A DNA stretch of 64,000 nucleotides, taken from Octopus vulgaris. Taxonomy: Eukaryota. Every line of letters begins with the position of its first letter. Position 1 is the stretch's first letter. Below are positions 13,393 to 26,087 of this stretch, piece after piece. Position numbers and translations under genes: made by a program. The stretch covers positions 39,990,001-40,054,000 of the forward strand of contig OX597824.1 in NCBI GenBank assembly GCA_951406725.2, written 5' to 3'. The notes under the pieces were generated by a model. It was not told where the DNA came from and did not search any database. It was given only the letters and a program-made list of their open reading frames with translations.

Positions 13393-13582
13393 TCTTTTAC
13401 TCTTTTACTTGTTTCAGTCATTTGACTGTGGCCATGCTTCGGCACCGCCCTTAGTCGAGCAAATCGACCCAGGACTTATTCTTTGTAAGCCTAGTACGTA
13501 TTCTATGGGGACGTAAACACACCAGCATCGGTTGTCAAGCGATGTTGGGGGGGGGACAAACACAGATACACAAACATATATA

Positions 13583-13616
<34 letters not shown>

Positions 13617-13710
13617 CATATATACGACGGGCTTTTTTTCAGATTCCGTCTACCAAATCCACTCATGTGGTTGGTAAGCAAGCTACTTACCACATAGCCA
13701 CTCCCTGTAG
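13393..13710 (-). mobile_element. Family-B CORE SINE with internal deletions
   Basis: Reverse complement of 14851-15260 with (GAGTAAAA)n tail. Confidence 0.85.
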
Positions 13711-14379
13711 AATTTTTAAACCAACAATAAACATTTCTATGTGTCTATTTGCCAATAGAAGAAAATAAATTTATTAATTTAGATTTACGACATGCTAGTG
13801 TGAAGGTGAAATATATTCATTGTAGAACATGATACAATGATTTTAAGACTGAGCAAAACTATATTTCAATTAACGTCCTGTGCTGTTGCAATGATTAACG
13901 AGGCATCATGCTGCTGGAAGTTGCTTTAATTTTAAAGACGATGTCAAAAACATGTAAAAGCCATACATTTTCTACTTGAAGAAACAGAGTCAAGATCTGA
14001 AACTTCGTATTGCAGATAAAAATGAAGATTATATATTAATTTTTAATATATTTCTCTGAATTTCACTAATTTGACAGTGAATGTTTAGCTAATGTAATTG
14101 ACATTTTACCCTGCAAGATATTACTGGTATATTGTCTCTCCCCGTCTCACATCTTTCTCTCTCACCCCTATCTCCCTCACTTCTTTCCTCCACACGCTTT
14201 CCTCTAAATCTCTCTCTCGCTCCACCCCCTCTCTCTCTGAAGCTTTCCTTGTTTCATTGGGAATTCCAGATATATTCAAAATGAAGTACTCAAAATTATT
14301 TAATATAATCGAATATATGCTACAAAAATAATGGTGATTTACTTTGCAGTTTTTTTTATTGATTGAATCGATCATGAAT

Positions 14380-14595
14380 ACAGGTTTCAAGTTTTGACAC
14401 AGGGCCAGCAATATTTGGGAAGGACATAGTTAATAACATCAACCAAAGTGCTCAACTGGCACTTATTTTATCGATCCCGAAAGGATGAAAGCCAGAGTCA
14501 ACCTCAGCAGAATTTGAACTCAGAGGGTGAAGGTCTGGAAGAAATGCTGCTCAGCATTTTGTCCATCGTTCTAACGATTCTGCTAGCTCGACGAC
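14380..14595 (-). mobile_element. Family-A SINE
   Basis: Reverse complement of B-box, core and tail (CCTTGTG.CAAAA.TTGAAAC). Confidence 0.8.
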
Positions 14596-14850
14596 CAACC
14601 GACCATGAATAATAAAAGATAATGTCGATCTCAATGGAATTTGAATTCAGTATGTAAAGAGACGTGACAAAATACTCCTATGTCATTTTAGCCTATACTC
14701 TACCGATTAAGCTCTCAAGCAGATTTTTGTTTGTTTAACCCTATGTCAGTCTGACCGTACAGATTTATGATCAAAAGTATCCCAGACACAACCATCCCAG
14801 CTTTTGTTAAGACAGTAAGGTATTTTTAACGAACTTTTGTGTCATGTTTT

Positions 14851-15260
14851 AGTGGCTGTGTGGTAAGTAGCTTGATTTTGAACTACATGGTTCCGGGTTC
14901 AGTCCCACTACGTGTCACCTTGAGCAAGTATTTTTTTTTACTATAGCCTCGGGCCGACCAAAGCCTTGTGAGTGGATTTGGTAGACGGAATCTGAAAGAA
15001 GCCCGTCGTATATATGTATATATCTGTATGTGTGTGTGTGTGTATATGTTTGTGTGTCTGTGTTTGTCCCCCCAACATCGCTTGACAGCCGATGCTGGTG
15101 TGTTTACGTCCCCGTAACTTAGCGGTTCGGCAAAAGACCGATAGAATAAGTACTATGCTTACAAAGAGTAAGTCCTGGGGTCGATTTGCTCGACTAAAGG
15201 CGGTGCTCCAGCATGGCCACAGTCAAATGACTGAAACAAGTAAAAGAGTAAAAGAGTAAA
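14851..15260 (+). mobile_element. Near full-length family-B CORE SINE
   Basis: tRNA-like A/B boxes, CORE-like segment, internal TA/TG microsatellite, (GTAAAAGA)n tail. Confidence 0.92.
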
Positions 15261-15269
15261 GTCAAGAAG

Positions 15270-15490
15270 GAAAAGGACCCCTTCCGTCATGAATGACCAT
15301 GGGATTGGACTTGTAAGTTCCCCTCCGAGGTACAAATCCGAGGAAGGTTGTTTATGGAAGACCAGGAGTCACCCTTGCATACCAGCCTCCACTCTTCACT
15401 CAACATGCAGCCCGATACGGCAATCGAATTCACAACATCATGATTGTGAGACCGATGCCCTAACCATTGAGCCATGTGCATTCACAAGCA
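15270..15490 (-). mobile_element. tRNA-derived SINE (family D), internally deleted
   Basis: Head TGGCTCAATGGTTAGG; shares GGAGGCTGGTATGCA..GACT.CTGGTCTTCCATAAA with 33248-33600. Confidence 0.7.
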
Positions 15491-15502
15491 GGTCATACAG
15501 CT

Positions 15503-16885
15503 CTTTTACTCTTTTATTTGTTTCAGTCATATGACTGTGGCCATGCTGGAGCACCGCCTTTAGTCGAGCAAATCGACCAGGGATTTATTCTTTGTAAGCC
15601 TAGTACTTATTCTATCGGTCTCTTTTGCCGAACCGCTAAGTTACGGGTACGTAAAAACACTAGCATCGGTTGTCAAGCGATGTTGGGAGGACAAACACAG
15701 ACACACAAACATATACACACATACTCATATACATACATACATACATACATACATACATACATACATACATACATACATACATACACATATATATATATAT
15801 ATATATATTGTTGTGGTTCAACTTAAGGACAGATCTGGCGACCTACTTTGCTTGGCTTGGAGACTGAAAGTCTACAATGCAAAGTTATAGTCCTTTGTTT
15901 TAGAAAGAGTAATGAGCTTTTAGGGGATCTTTGGCCTTGTGCCAGTCAGGGAAGGGTCAAAGAAACTACCGTATAAAAGCAGGAGCTGTGAATCTAAGTA
16001 GATCAGTTCCGGCCGGAGAGATTGAGAGACAGTCAGCATTTGGGATTCAAGGCGAGCAGTCGGTAGTTGGAAGCTTGTCATGAGAGATGACAGTAAAGTG
16101 AGAGGATGAGGGGCTGAGGAAGACATGCACATAGGACTAAGCGGCGATGGAGAGAGATTACGGCGGAGGGAAGGCACAGTTATTATAGTAGGAACTGTAA
16201 CGGTATGTGTTAATTGTATGTTTTGATATGTGAAGAAAAAAGAAGGAAAGAGTTGTGGTATTTATGTAAAAAAAGAATCGATGCATTGAAATGTAAAAGA
16301 GAACTGTGTAATGAACATTGTTTATGTTGTTGATGGTTATAAAGAAAAGGCTAAAGAGAACTGTTAAAGAAAGAGAGACTCTGTTGTAGTCTTTAATGAA
16401 CATTGAACTGTATATGCCTTTAATGTGATTTGAACTGTAACGTTAATGTGATTTGAAACAGAACTGTTGTCTCCGGACTGTATATTGTATCTGCATGTTT
16501 AAATGCTGTGATCTGTTGTATACCTGTTTCTTGATTTGTTGTTTTCTTGAAATGCTGTTGTTATTGCATTTGATGTGTTGTTACTTGCATGTATTTCCTC
16601 TTTGATGTATCTGATATGGACTTGATGTTGTAACAATTATAAAGTGTTATAAACTAGTACGTTAAATGTAGGCCAATTGCCGTCCGCTGTGTTTCTTTGT
16701 GCCTCTGTGTCTCTTCCTGCAGCTGTTGTTGTAGTTGTTGTCTCTCTCCTCTCTGAGTTCCGTGGCGAACACTCGCCGATCGATTCGAGCCTGGTCAATC
16801 GTCGTCGCTCGACTTGTTGGGATCCCGAGTTCGAGTTCGAGCGACGGCAGGTGGGATTCCGTAGCAGCTTTCGCGGGGGTCCCGT

Positions 16886-16924
<39 letters not shown>

Positions 16925-17014
16925 AGTAGGTGAATGAATTATCCTATGTTTATCGTCAGCATGTGTCGAGAGTAAAGGAATTTTGTTAACATCTTCGTTC
17001 GACTCCATTCTTTC

Positions 17015-17056
<42 letters not shown>

Positions 17057-17205
17057 GACGGGCTTCTTTCAGTTTCCGTCTACCAAATCCACTCACATGG
17101 CTTTGGTCGACCTGAGGCTATAGTAGAAGACACTTGCCCAAGGTGCCACGCAGAGGGACTGAACCCGGAACCATGTGCTACTTAACACACACCAACTCCT
17201 ACGCC
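15503..17205 (-). mobile_element. Family-B SINE split by an LTR insertion (3' half 15503-15720, 5' half 17055-17205)
   Basis: The halves are collinear and complementary across the internal microsatellite. Confidence 0.85.
15809..16889 (+). mobile_element. Solo LTR (1081 bp) inserted in (TA)n
   Basis: TGTTGTGG...CCCGTAACA termini (imperfect inverted repeat), TATA-like GTATAAAAG at 15971, (AT)n on both flanks, no coding remnant. Confidence 0.78.
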
Positions 17206-17721
17206 TATGTAACATATCGTAAGAAATAATTTGTCCTGAAATATCAGAACACTAAAATATGATATGGATATACAGCCTCTTATCACCTGTAAAGATTCAA
17301 GCAAGACAAGAATTAGATCAAAAGAAATCTAATTTAAGGAGGGGAAGAGATCACAAGAGACATAATATAATAACCTTTTATTTCTCCACACAAACCTTTT
17401 AGCCAAGACCTCTGCACAACAAGATTGCCCCAAGAGAGTAAAAGCTACCAGATAAAAGAAAGAAGACTAAATCAATTTATGTATAATGGATATGAGCATA
17501 GAAAATCCTCGTTGTATCCATTTCTAAACCGAATAAGAATATTTTATTCGTCACCAATCAATAAACACAGTGCCACCAATTTTCACTATAATTCTGACGA
17601 AACATATGTCACACGCTTTTCAAATTTCTGCGATCTTTTCCGCGTCGCTGTTGCCTTATTTCTCTGTCACTCTCTATTCCTCTCCCCCTCCCATTAATTC
17701 TATCTATCTGTCTACTATTCT

Positions 17722-17765
<44 letters not shown>

Positions 17766-18054
17766 TGCATTCATATTTTCATTTATTGTACTTTCATTCT
17801 CTCGCTTTCGTTCTTATTTGTCAACCTCGATCACTCTCACGGCCACTGACTTTCATTTACTGACTTTTCTTATCATATCAGCGTAGCTGATTAACTATAT
17901 GTATTATCTAGATATTAGCATACTTAAATCCATATACGACATTGCATGTGATCATTTAAACACTCACGAACCGACATGTATACATACAAAGCAGCGAACA
18001 CACAAATATACACACATGCATATTGCGTGTGTATATATATAGAGAGATAGATAA

Positions 18055-18121
<67 letters not shown>

Positions 18122-18134
18122 TAAAAACGATAAA

Positions 18135-18400
18135 CGCCGCCCTTTTCAAGCCTAGCCAGGCTCATGGGCCCGGTTTCCCGGTTTCTGTGGCGTACGTGTT
18201 CCCCCCAGCTGAACGGGACGCCAGTCCAGTGCAGCGTTACTCAAGAAACAGGAAGAGAGAGAGTGAGAGAAAGTTGTGGCGAAAGAGTACAACAGGGGTC
18301 GTCCCCATCCCCGGCCGAAGCCTCGTGGATCTTTTAGGAGTTTTCGCTCAATAAAAACACACAACGCCCGGTCTGGGAATCGAAACCGCGATCCTCCGAC
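18135..18400 (-). mobile_element. Family-C SINE variant with alternative middle segment
   Basis: 3' end matches family C; middle (GAAAGTTGT...AAAGAGTACA.CAG) matches ~33100-33200. Confidence 0.75.
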
Positions 18401-18490
18401 TTATGTATATGTGTATATATATATATATCATATGTAGTTTTCTCATATATATATATTGTATGCATGCATGCATGTATGTCTGCATGCATG

Positions 18491-18524
<34 letters not shown>

Positions 18525-18737
18525 TGTATGTATGTATGTATGTATGTATGTATGCATGTATGTATGTATAAATGTATCTGGACAGTTAATAATTTGCGCG
18601 ACCAATAATCAGAGTTTCATAGGTACTGATGTACGTGTTTAATCGATCAGATGTCATCGGTGACTCACCACAGTCATCTGATGGACAGAACTGGAGCTTT
18701 TGTGCCTATGAAATTTCGAGGACTGGTATATAAGTTA

Positions 18738-20297
18738 CAAGCATTATGACCCGTCGTTGCCGGGTCATAGTGCTAGTGCATGTATATATGTGTATATATA
18801 TGTGTACATATTACATGTACATCTATATATATACATCTACACATAAAATACAAAATACAAAGTTATATCTTGATATCGCTAGTGATAACAATACTCAAAA
18901 TATATAACAGACTGGAATTGTAGGCCCGTCTCTTGCAATTTCGATCAATTGTATCTTGTCCTCTTGTATAGAAGTGTGGCTACAATCCAGCCTACCTCTA
19001 CTTCTGGGGGGACATTTTAAGTTTTTATCCGGGACGTCCTACGTCCCAGATATAAAGCTAAAAATAAAATATTTCCACTGTGCAAGGTTCGAGTCGAGTA
19101 CTCCCTTGCACGCTCCGTTGACTCGAACCTTGCTTCTATTGTGGCGAATTTACCGCCTCTGATTAGATATCTTTCATAGTCGCACCAAGACACTTTTCGA
19201 TGGTGCTTTCCTCCAGGTGTTCGTATCTTCTTTTTTCTCTACATTGTATACTTTATAGACAATAGTCTTTTCTTTAATTTAATTTTTTATTTTGTTTGAT
19301 GGTGTTATCCTAGATTCACCGTCTTTGTCGGTGATCAATCCGTATTTCTTCCATTTTAATTTCAATGAGTTCGCGCCCACCGACGGCAGCAGCGAAATTC
19401 ATTTTTGGACTTTCTTCTATCGAAGGCATTCTAACAAAAATTCTTCCGAGTAAACGGTGAAAATATTGTCAATTTCCCCAAACAGGGACACAATTCAATT
19501 TTTAAACAATAACCAAAGCTCCTTCTCCCAAAGGGGAGGGTTACAGTTTACAATTATTTAACAAATGCAACACAACAATGTTTCCTTTACGAGGAACCAA
19601 CAAACGTGATAACAATAGTTAAACAGTAATAATAATAACAAACCTTACGATGAATCAGAAAGCAGTAAGCAGTTGAAGTTTTAGTCCTTTATGTATAAGA
19701 AATAAACCAACAGCAGTACTCTGTAGGAGCGGCTGTTCGAGAAAACAGATATTACATACAGCCAAACTTCATATAGATACTTAATGCTAGCTAATTAGCA
19801 GATAATCTAATGTAAAAGCACAGCTCCATCTGAACTATTCCATTTCTGCATGCTAATTTTATTTTTAATTTATTCCCATTCATGTGAAACCACTTATTCA
19901 AGTTCAAGTCATTGATGCAATTTTATACCAATTGCTATTTTTACTTTTGTTATGTTACGATTATATTCTACTTTTAATTATTACTTACTACATATAATTC
20001 AATTATTATTATTTTTATTGTTAAAGTGAAAGTATCTGACATAAAATAGAGAAATGTTTTTGTTTCACTTTTAACACGTAATTCTGAAATAGTGGAGAAG
20101 ATATAATATTGCTATGGGCTCGCTCTCGGGGCAAGAAGTTGAACATTTTTTTTTGCCCATGAAACTACATGGACCCTAAGTAAGGCATGTGTAAAATTTG
20201 AATGAAATTGGTTATGTAGTTCTCAAGTTTTAGGGAAACACACATCAACGGACAGACAGACAGACAGACAGACATTCTCAGTTTTATATATAGAGAG
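18738..20297 (-). mobile_element. Putative non-autonomous Helitron/Helentron-like element enclosing a LINE fragment
   Basis: Minus 5' end TCTCTATATATAAAACTGAGAATGTCTGTCTG at 20297; strong hairpin GCATTATGACCCG/CGGGTCATAGTGC-TAG at 18741-18776. Linking the two ends is inference. Confidence 0.5.
18910..19430 (-). pseudogene. Decayed ORF1-like remnant of an L1/Tx1-type LINE
   Basis: Frameshifted translation MPSIEESPKMNFAAAV..KTIVYKVY..STIEKCL..IRGGKFATIEARF..NVPPEVEVGWIVA; assignment from general resemblance only. Confidence 0.5.
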
Positions 20298-20591
20298 ATT
20301 ACATACAAATATATACTCAATAAAATGTACTGGGTGCTCCTCTTTTCGTTTGCATACACACACGTAATATAATATAATATATATCACTACTACCGGCTGT
20401 GCTTGACAAGATGTAGAATGAAATGTGCAGAGAGTAATCAAATCCGAATAGTCAACCCTTGTGCACAAAGAAATCGTGTGTCACATTAAGAATACACAAC
20501 AAAAGACATACATGCCCCTCTCACAAGCTATATATATAATTTTGTCAGTGAACAGGTCGCGGTCTCAAAGCTACGAAAATATTTTGGCAAA

Positions 20592-21825
20592 TCTATATCT
20601 ATAAAACAGTCTTTGGACGAAAATTGTATGCACATTTGTCTTTGACGTTTAATGGCAGCCAAACCGAGGCTAGGATCGAGCTGAAAATTGGCAGGGATAC
20701 TAAATGCATGGTGAGGATGAGACCCGCGATGGTTAAAATATGCAAACTATAAAGATGCTGTTGCTATGGCAAAAAGAGTGATTTTTTATCGATTCAAGGC
20801 GGCCCAGAGCCCCTCTAGGTTTCTGCGATTGGCTTTTAATGCCAAGCGGCATGCACTGCAGGCTGTTGTGCTTAATATACATACATTTTGTCGCGAAATT
20901 CCGGCTACTAGGAAACGAATTATCATTGTGAAAAAACGAGTGCTTTTTGCCCTCATTTTCTTTTTAATCTTTTTATAAAAGTGAAAGGATTTTGTCTATT
21001 CATTTCTGCTGTCCACTTACGACAGTGATTCAGTTAAACTTTAGGAAGCTTACCTTTACCTATTCTGAGTTACTTGAAAGGTGATGTTCCCTTACTTCTC
21101 TTTTGATTGTTGGTACCTTTTTTTTCTTACCTCTAATACCGTTGTTTCACTTTAAGGATGCTTCTTTACCCAGCCATTATGATATTTCGACTGCTGTCCA
21201 TTGTTTCAAATAGGTTTTAGCATTGTCATTCCAGCCTTTTTTAAACACTCACATATGATTCGTCCCAAAGAATCAACCTTTAAATAAGAGTTTTACTTCC
21301 ACTAGCGAAAACTATACCTATCTTCCAGAAAGCTCCATACCAATTTAATTTTATGCTGCATTCGCTGTTAGTTTATGTGCACGTTATGTGGGAAGATAGA
21401 ATAAAGGGGTTTTGTTAGCTTTTCTCTACGGAAAAAAAAAATAGCTCCCTTTGCTGATGAAAAAATAAACTCGCAGAGGGAAAGTTTCATCTTCCTTCAA
21501 TTTCCTTACACCATTTATGTGGCAGTTTCTGACAAGAAATTTCGCTTTCATATAAAACAATTATATATTGTAGTCGTTATCCGTAATCTACTCCCAAAAC
21601 ACTGCTGTAGCTCTACTTTACATCGCTTGCACACTTATATGTTCTATGATAATCAAAGTGCAACGACCTCCACAATAGCCAGCCTTCAATTTGATTTTCC
21701 GTTTCTAGGTTAATCGGAAATAGATTGCCATGCTACACATAAACCTTCTCGGTAGTTCAATTATTTGGTGAAAAAGATACCACGAAAGCAATTTAAACCG
21801 TCCAAAGGACGGGTGCGTTTGCTAG
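20592..21825 (+). mobile_element. 1234-bp non-autonomous Helitron
   Basis: 5' TC, 3' CTAG, hairpin CCGTCC-AAA-GGACGG at 21798-21812; inserted between A and T without TSD; empty site visible in the host-repeat copy at 35854-36060. Confidence 0.93.
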
Positions 21826-22588
21826 TTAAATTTAAATGTTGAAGTGAATCTAACGGTTTTTGTGCGTTTCTTAAATGGCTTATAAACATCTTCCACACTG
21901 CAATTGTTCATATATATATATATATATATATATCAACAATGCCATTTCTCGGTGCACATTCAGATAGTTTGTTTGCAATAGTATATATTTGAGATTATAT
22001 AGTTATGTATATATATATATATCAACAATGCTACTATTTGATACGCATTTAGATTCGTTTACAATAGGATATGTGTGTGCGTGCATATGTGCATGTGTAG
22101 ATGCTTATCTGTGCGTGTGTATGTGTGTGTGCATGCGCGCACGTGTGTGTATGTGTGTGCATACACGCATGTGTGTGTATGTGTCTGCATGAATATACGA
22201 ATGGTATTGCGTGCTTGTACGAAGGTATATATGTAGCTATGTGTATATTACATATAAATGTATAAATGTATTCTTAAACATAAATTTGATACATAATAAC
22301 TGCAATATTCTATAGGGATGGAAAACTGACAGTTATTCCCTGATGTGGGGTGAAATAAATCAAAATCCACGCAAATAGTAATTATATCCCAATTACATGT
22401 GTGTGTATGTGTGTGTGTGTGTGTGAGTGCGTATGTGTGTGTATGTGTGCGTATGTGTGTGTATGTGTGCGTATGTGTGTGTATGTGTGCGTATGTGTGT
22501 GCTGTGTATATGAATTAATATGTATGCAAGAATCTATTAATGTTTGTGCGTTTAAAATTATAGATAGATAGTTGAAAGATAGATAGGC

Positions 22589-22657
<69 letters not shown>

Positions 22658-22890
22658 TTTGTTTATAGTTTATCGTTACATACATATGCACACTCATATA
22701 TCTAAGTATACATGTATCTTTGTACCTATGAATGCACGTATCCCTGTATGCCTGTATGTATATGTACATGTATGCATGTGCACATTTATGCAGGTTCACA
22801 TATATGCACATATACACAAACTCATATACATACCTCCTCAGAGGTGTTATTATATATGTATGTATGTATGTGTGTTTGTATGTATGTATG

Positions 22891-23340
22891 TCTCTTCTAT
22901 TCTTTTAATTATTATAAATCTTCCACTGATGAGGGAGCCAGTTTCAAAAAAAGATACAGGGCTCCATCTTTGTGTTGTAGTTAAACCAGACAAATTCACA
23001 TTTGGAACTTGAAAAAGTCTTGCATATTTTTATTGTTCCACTCAAAGATTGCATTTGTAATGTAAGAACTAGCCGGTCGATTTCTCTTTCTGAAAATCTC
23101 ACTTTATCCAGATTCTCCTTTAAGCATTTACTAACAAAACCTACTGCTCAAATTATTATTGGTATCAATATGAATTCATAGTATGGATATAGAAGCTGGA
23201 GGTTTCGAAGCAGTTGACCATAGATATCATTCTTTTCTTTGATTTTCAAAGAGATATTTCTATCTGCAGATCAGCTGATTTTTGTGATGGTACATACCTT
23301 TGCACCTCTGTCCCAAACAACAATATTTGGCCCGTTACGT
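22891..23340 (-). mobile_element. 5'-truncated RLE-type non-LTR retrotransposon in (CATA)n, copy 1
   Basis: [76 protein letters not shown]; (TATG)n on both sides. Confidence 0.8.
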
Positions 23341-23570
23341 GTGTATGTATGTATGTATGTGTGTATGTATGTATGTATGTATGTATGTATGTATGTATGT
23401 ATGTATGTATGTATGTATGCACTTATATATGTAGGTTTTCTTCTTCACAGGATTCAAACCGCTCGATAAGAAAGTAACAAAGCTATTTTGATCAGTCGAG
23501 ACACTTCCGGGAATTGCTGATTTTGCGAATCTGATTTGAAACTGAATGTATGCGTGTGTATTTGTATGTT

Positions 23571-23876
23571 TCTCTTCTGTTTTAAATTATTTAAATTCTT
23601 CCTTTGAAGAAGGATCTGATTTCTAACAAAGATACAAAGGTACGACTTTGGAAAATAAAGAACGAAAACAATATCACATATTAAACCTGAGAAAAGTCTT
23701 GCATACTTTTACTGTTCCGCTCACAGATTGTATTTGTAATGTGCAAGTCAGTTGGCTGATTTCTTTTTCTGAAAATACAAGTTCATCCAGACAGTTAAGC
23801 ATTTGCTTACAAAACCAAGTACTCCAATTATTATTGGTATGAATGTACATTTGTAATCCAGACACAGAAGATGGAG
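23571..23876 (-). mobile_element. 5'-truncated RLE-type non-LTR retrotransposon in (CATA)n, copy 2
   Basis: LHLLCLDYKCTFIPIIIGVLGFVSKCL/..SGTVKVCKTFLRFNM*; same 3' end (GAAGAGA then CATA repeats) as copy 1. Confidence 0.8.
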
Positions 23877-23923
23877 GCATCAGCGCGCTCGCGCGTATGT
23901 ATGTATGTATGTATGTATGTATG

Positions 23924-23957
<34 letters not shown>

Positions 23958-24384
23958 TGTATGTATGTATGTATGTATGTATGTATGTATGTGTTTGTTT
24001 GTTTGTTCGTATGTGTTCACGCGCTTGAGTTCGTTCCATCGACAACGCTCAGTGAGGAACAAATGCCTCTTGCATTCTCAGATAATTTTCGTCTTCCTTT
24101 GATGCATATTGTGTTTAAAAACACAACACGTTTGTAAGAGATATGATATCATCTCAGAACAACTGCATTAAATGTGCCTTCTGCGATAAATTTACATTCA
24201 GTACGATACACAGATATCTAATTTAATCTAACATTACTTCTGTTGCATTTAACGGATATATATTTAGAAGAGATTATGTAACTTCTATTCTTGCATCATT
24301 CACTAATGGATATTTCTCTCTGTAGACTCCTGATGCTTTACAGCAAAGCATATATGTACTGACATTTGACTACTGGTTATTAGT

Positions 24385-24605
24385 GTGTGTGTAGTGTGTG
24401 TCTTGGTGTCAATATTTGTCCCCAACCACCGCTTGACAACAGGTGTTGGCATGTTTATGTCCTTATAACCGAGCAGTTCGGCAAAAGGTTCCAATAGAAC
24501 ACATAACAGGTGTTTTAAAAAGTCCTGGGGTCGATATTCTTGACTAAAATTCTTCAAGGCGGTGCTCCAGCATGAGCGCAGTCAAATAACTAAAACAAGT
24601 AAAAT
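24385..24605 (+). mobile_element. Family-B SINE 3' half
   Basis: Matches 15060-15245. Confidence 0.8.
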
Positions 24606-25073
24606 GAGAGAACACGAGCGCACATGCGCGTATACATATGCTAGGAGTAAACTCAACTCGTGACCGAGTAAGACATCTTCCTAAACTAGCTAAGTCTGTG
24701 CAGATGTTTCAGGAGTCCAGGAAGTCCCTGTGAATGAATTTCTGTTCAGTTGTTAAAGTTTCGTACCCCACTAAACCCACTTATTAGCCCAATCAGCTAT
24801 AGAACCACTGGCAGAAGCCAACTACACATCAGATAGTTTTTTGTTTTTTGTTTTTTTTATGCATGTTTACCTTGCCCTAGAAAGAAGTTCAAACGAGAAC
24901 TAGGGGTCCTTCAGATGCTAACAGGTACTACTAGATCGGATCAGGTCTTGCAGTTGATTTTTCCCGTTCAGTAGTTTTACGACATGTTTTGTAAATTAAG
25001 TTATATGTTTTAGGAGAGTTTACATAAATTTCTGTCCCCGTTATTCATTTAACCATAGTATATCGAAATTGCT

Positions 25074-25325
25074 GTGGAGGCGCGTGGCTTAGTGGTTAGG
25101 GTGTCAGCATTATGACCGTGAGCTTGTGGTTTCGATTCCTGGACCGGGTGACGCGTTGTGTTCTTGAACAAAACACTTCATTTCACGTTGCTCCAGTCCA
25201 CTCAGCTGGCAAAAATGAGTAACGCTGCGATGGACTGGCGTCCCGTCCATCTACGCCATAGAAACCGGGAAACCGGGCCCATGAGCCTGGCTAGGCTTTA
25301 AAAGGGCGCATTTATTTTTTTTATT
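25074..25325 (+). mobile_element. Full-length family-C SINE with 12-bp TSD
   Basis: A box TGGCTTAGTGG, B box GGTTTCGATTCC, V-like domain; TSD TATATCGAAATT at 25059-25070 and 25326-25337. Confidence 0.9.
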
Positions 25326-26087
25326 TATATCGAAATTATTGCTTATTTACATTCTGGATCTTTCCTTCTATCGAATGACGCCAGATCATCCCGCATGAAA
25401 ATATTTACTACTCAAATGTAATGGTGTTTCATGTTGCGATATATAGTTCGTTTAGAAAAAACTTGTCGTTCACTGTCCTATGTTCTTGTAATTTCCTACA
25501 TAACCAAAACTTTTGGCTTACTGAATGTAGATCTTATTTTCAAATGCTATTAATTTACTTGTAATTCCCACCAGCAGTTCTCTTTTGAATTTGAACATCT
25601 TATCACAATGTTGCAGCTGGTGATTCGTGAATTCATTATTAGTTTTCCATCTAATGAGAGTATCCGATTGCCTGATGTTTGTCTCGTAATCTCTCGACGT
25701 TCTTTTGCAGAAAGATAATCTATTTTGATTGTGTATCATTATTTCGATTGATCTTAGTTACTCACATCTGTCGGCTAGTGACGAATTGTAATTTTAATAC
25801 AATATTGTAGGTCAAGCTTCAATGTGTGCTAGTAGAAATTCGTATCTTCATATGAAGCTTCTATGACATATATTGACTGTCCACTTATATTTCCAGTCTC
25901 CTGATTCATTTTCCCTGAGATGCTATTTATTATAATTATTTTTCTTTCCGGTATTCTTATCTGATGCCGGAGTTTCTCGACGATTGTTTTAAATTCCAGT
26001 TTTGAGGACGAAAATTTATATATACATGTTCCCTTCTATCAATAGCAAAACGATGTTTCTATTTTATTTTCAACTATTTTATTTCAA

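Noticed and set aside
14851-14930. tRNA genes at A/B-box motifs (also 25074, 40618, 12128)
   Set aside because: No full cloverleaf; each continues into a SINE body and tail.
22923-22970. CTGATGAG followed by a GGAGCC/GGCTCC stem as a hammerhead
   Set aside because: No GAAA after the stem; better explained as the antisense of a LINE 3' UTR stem-loop.
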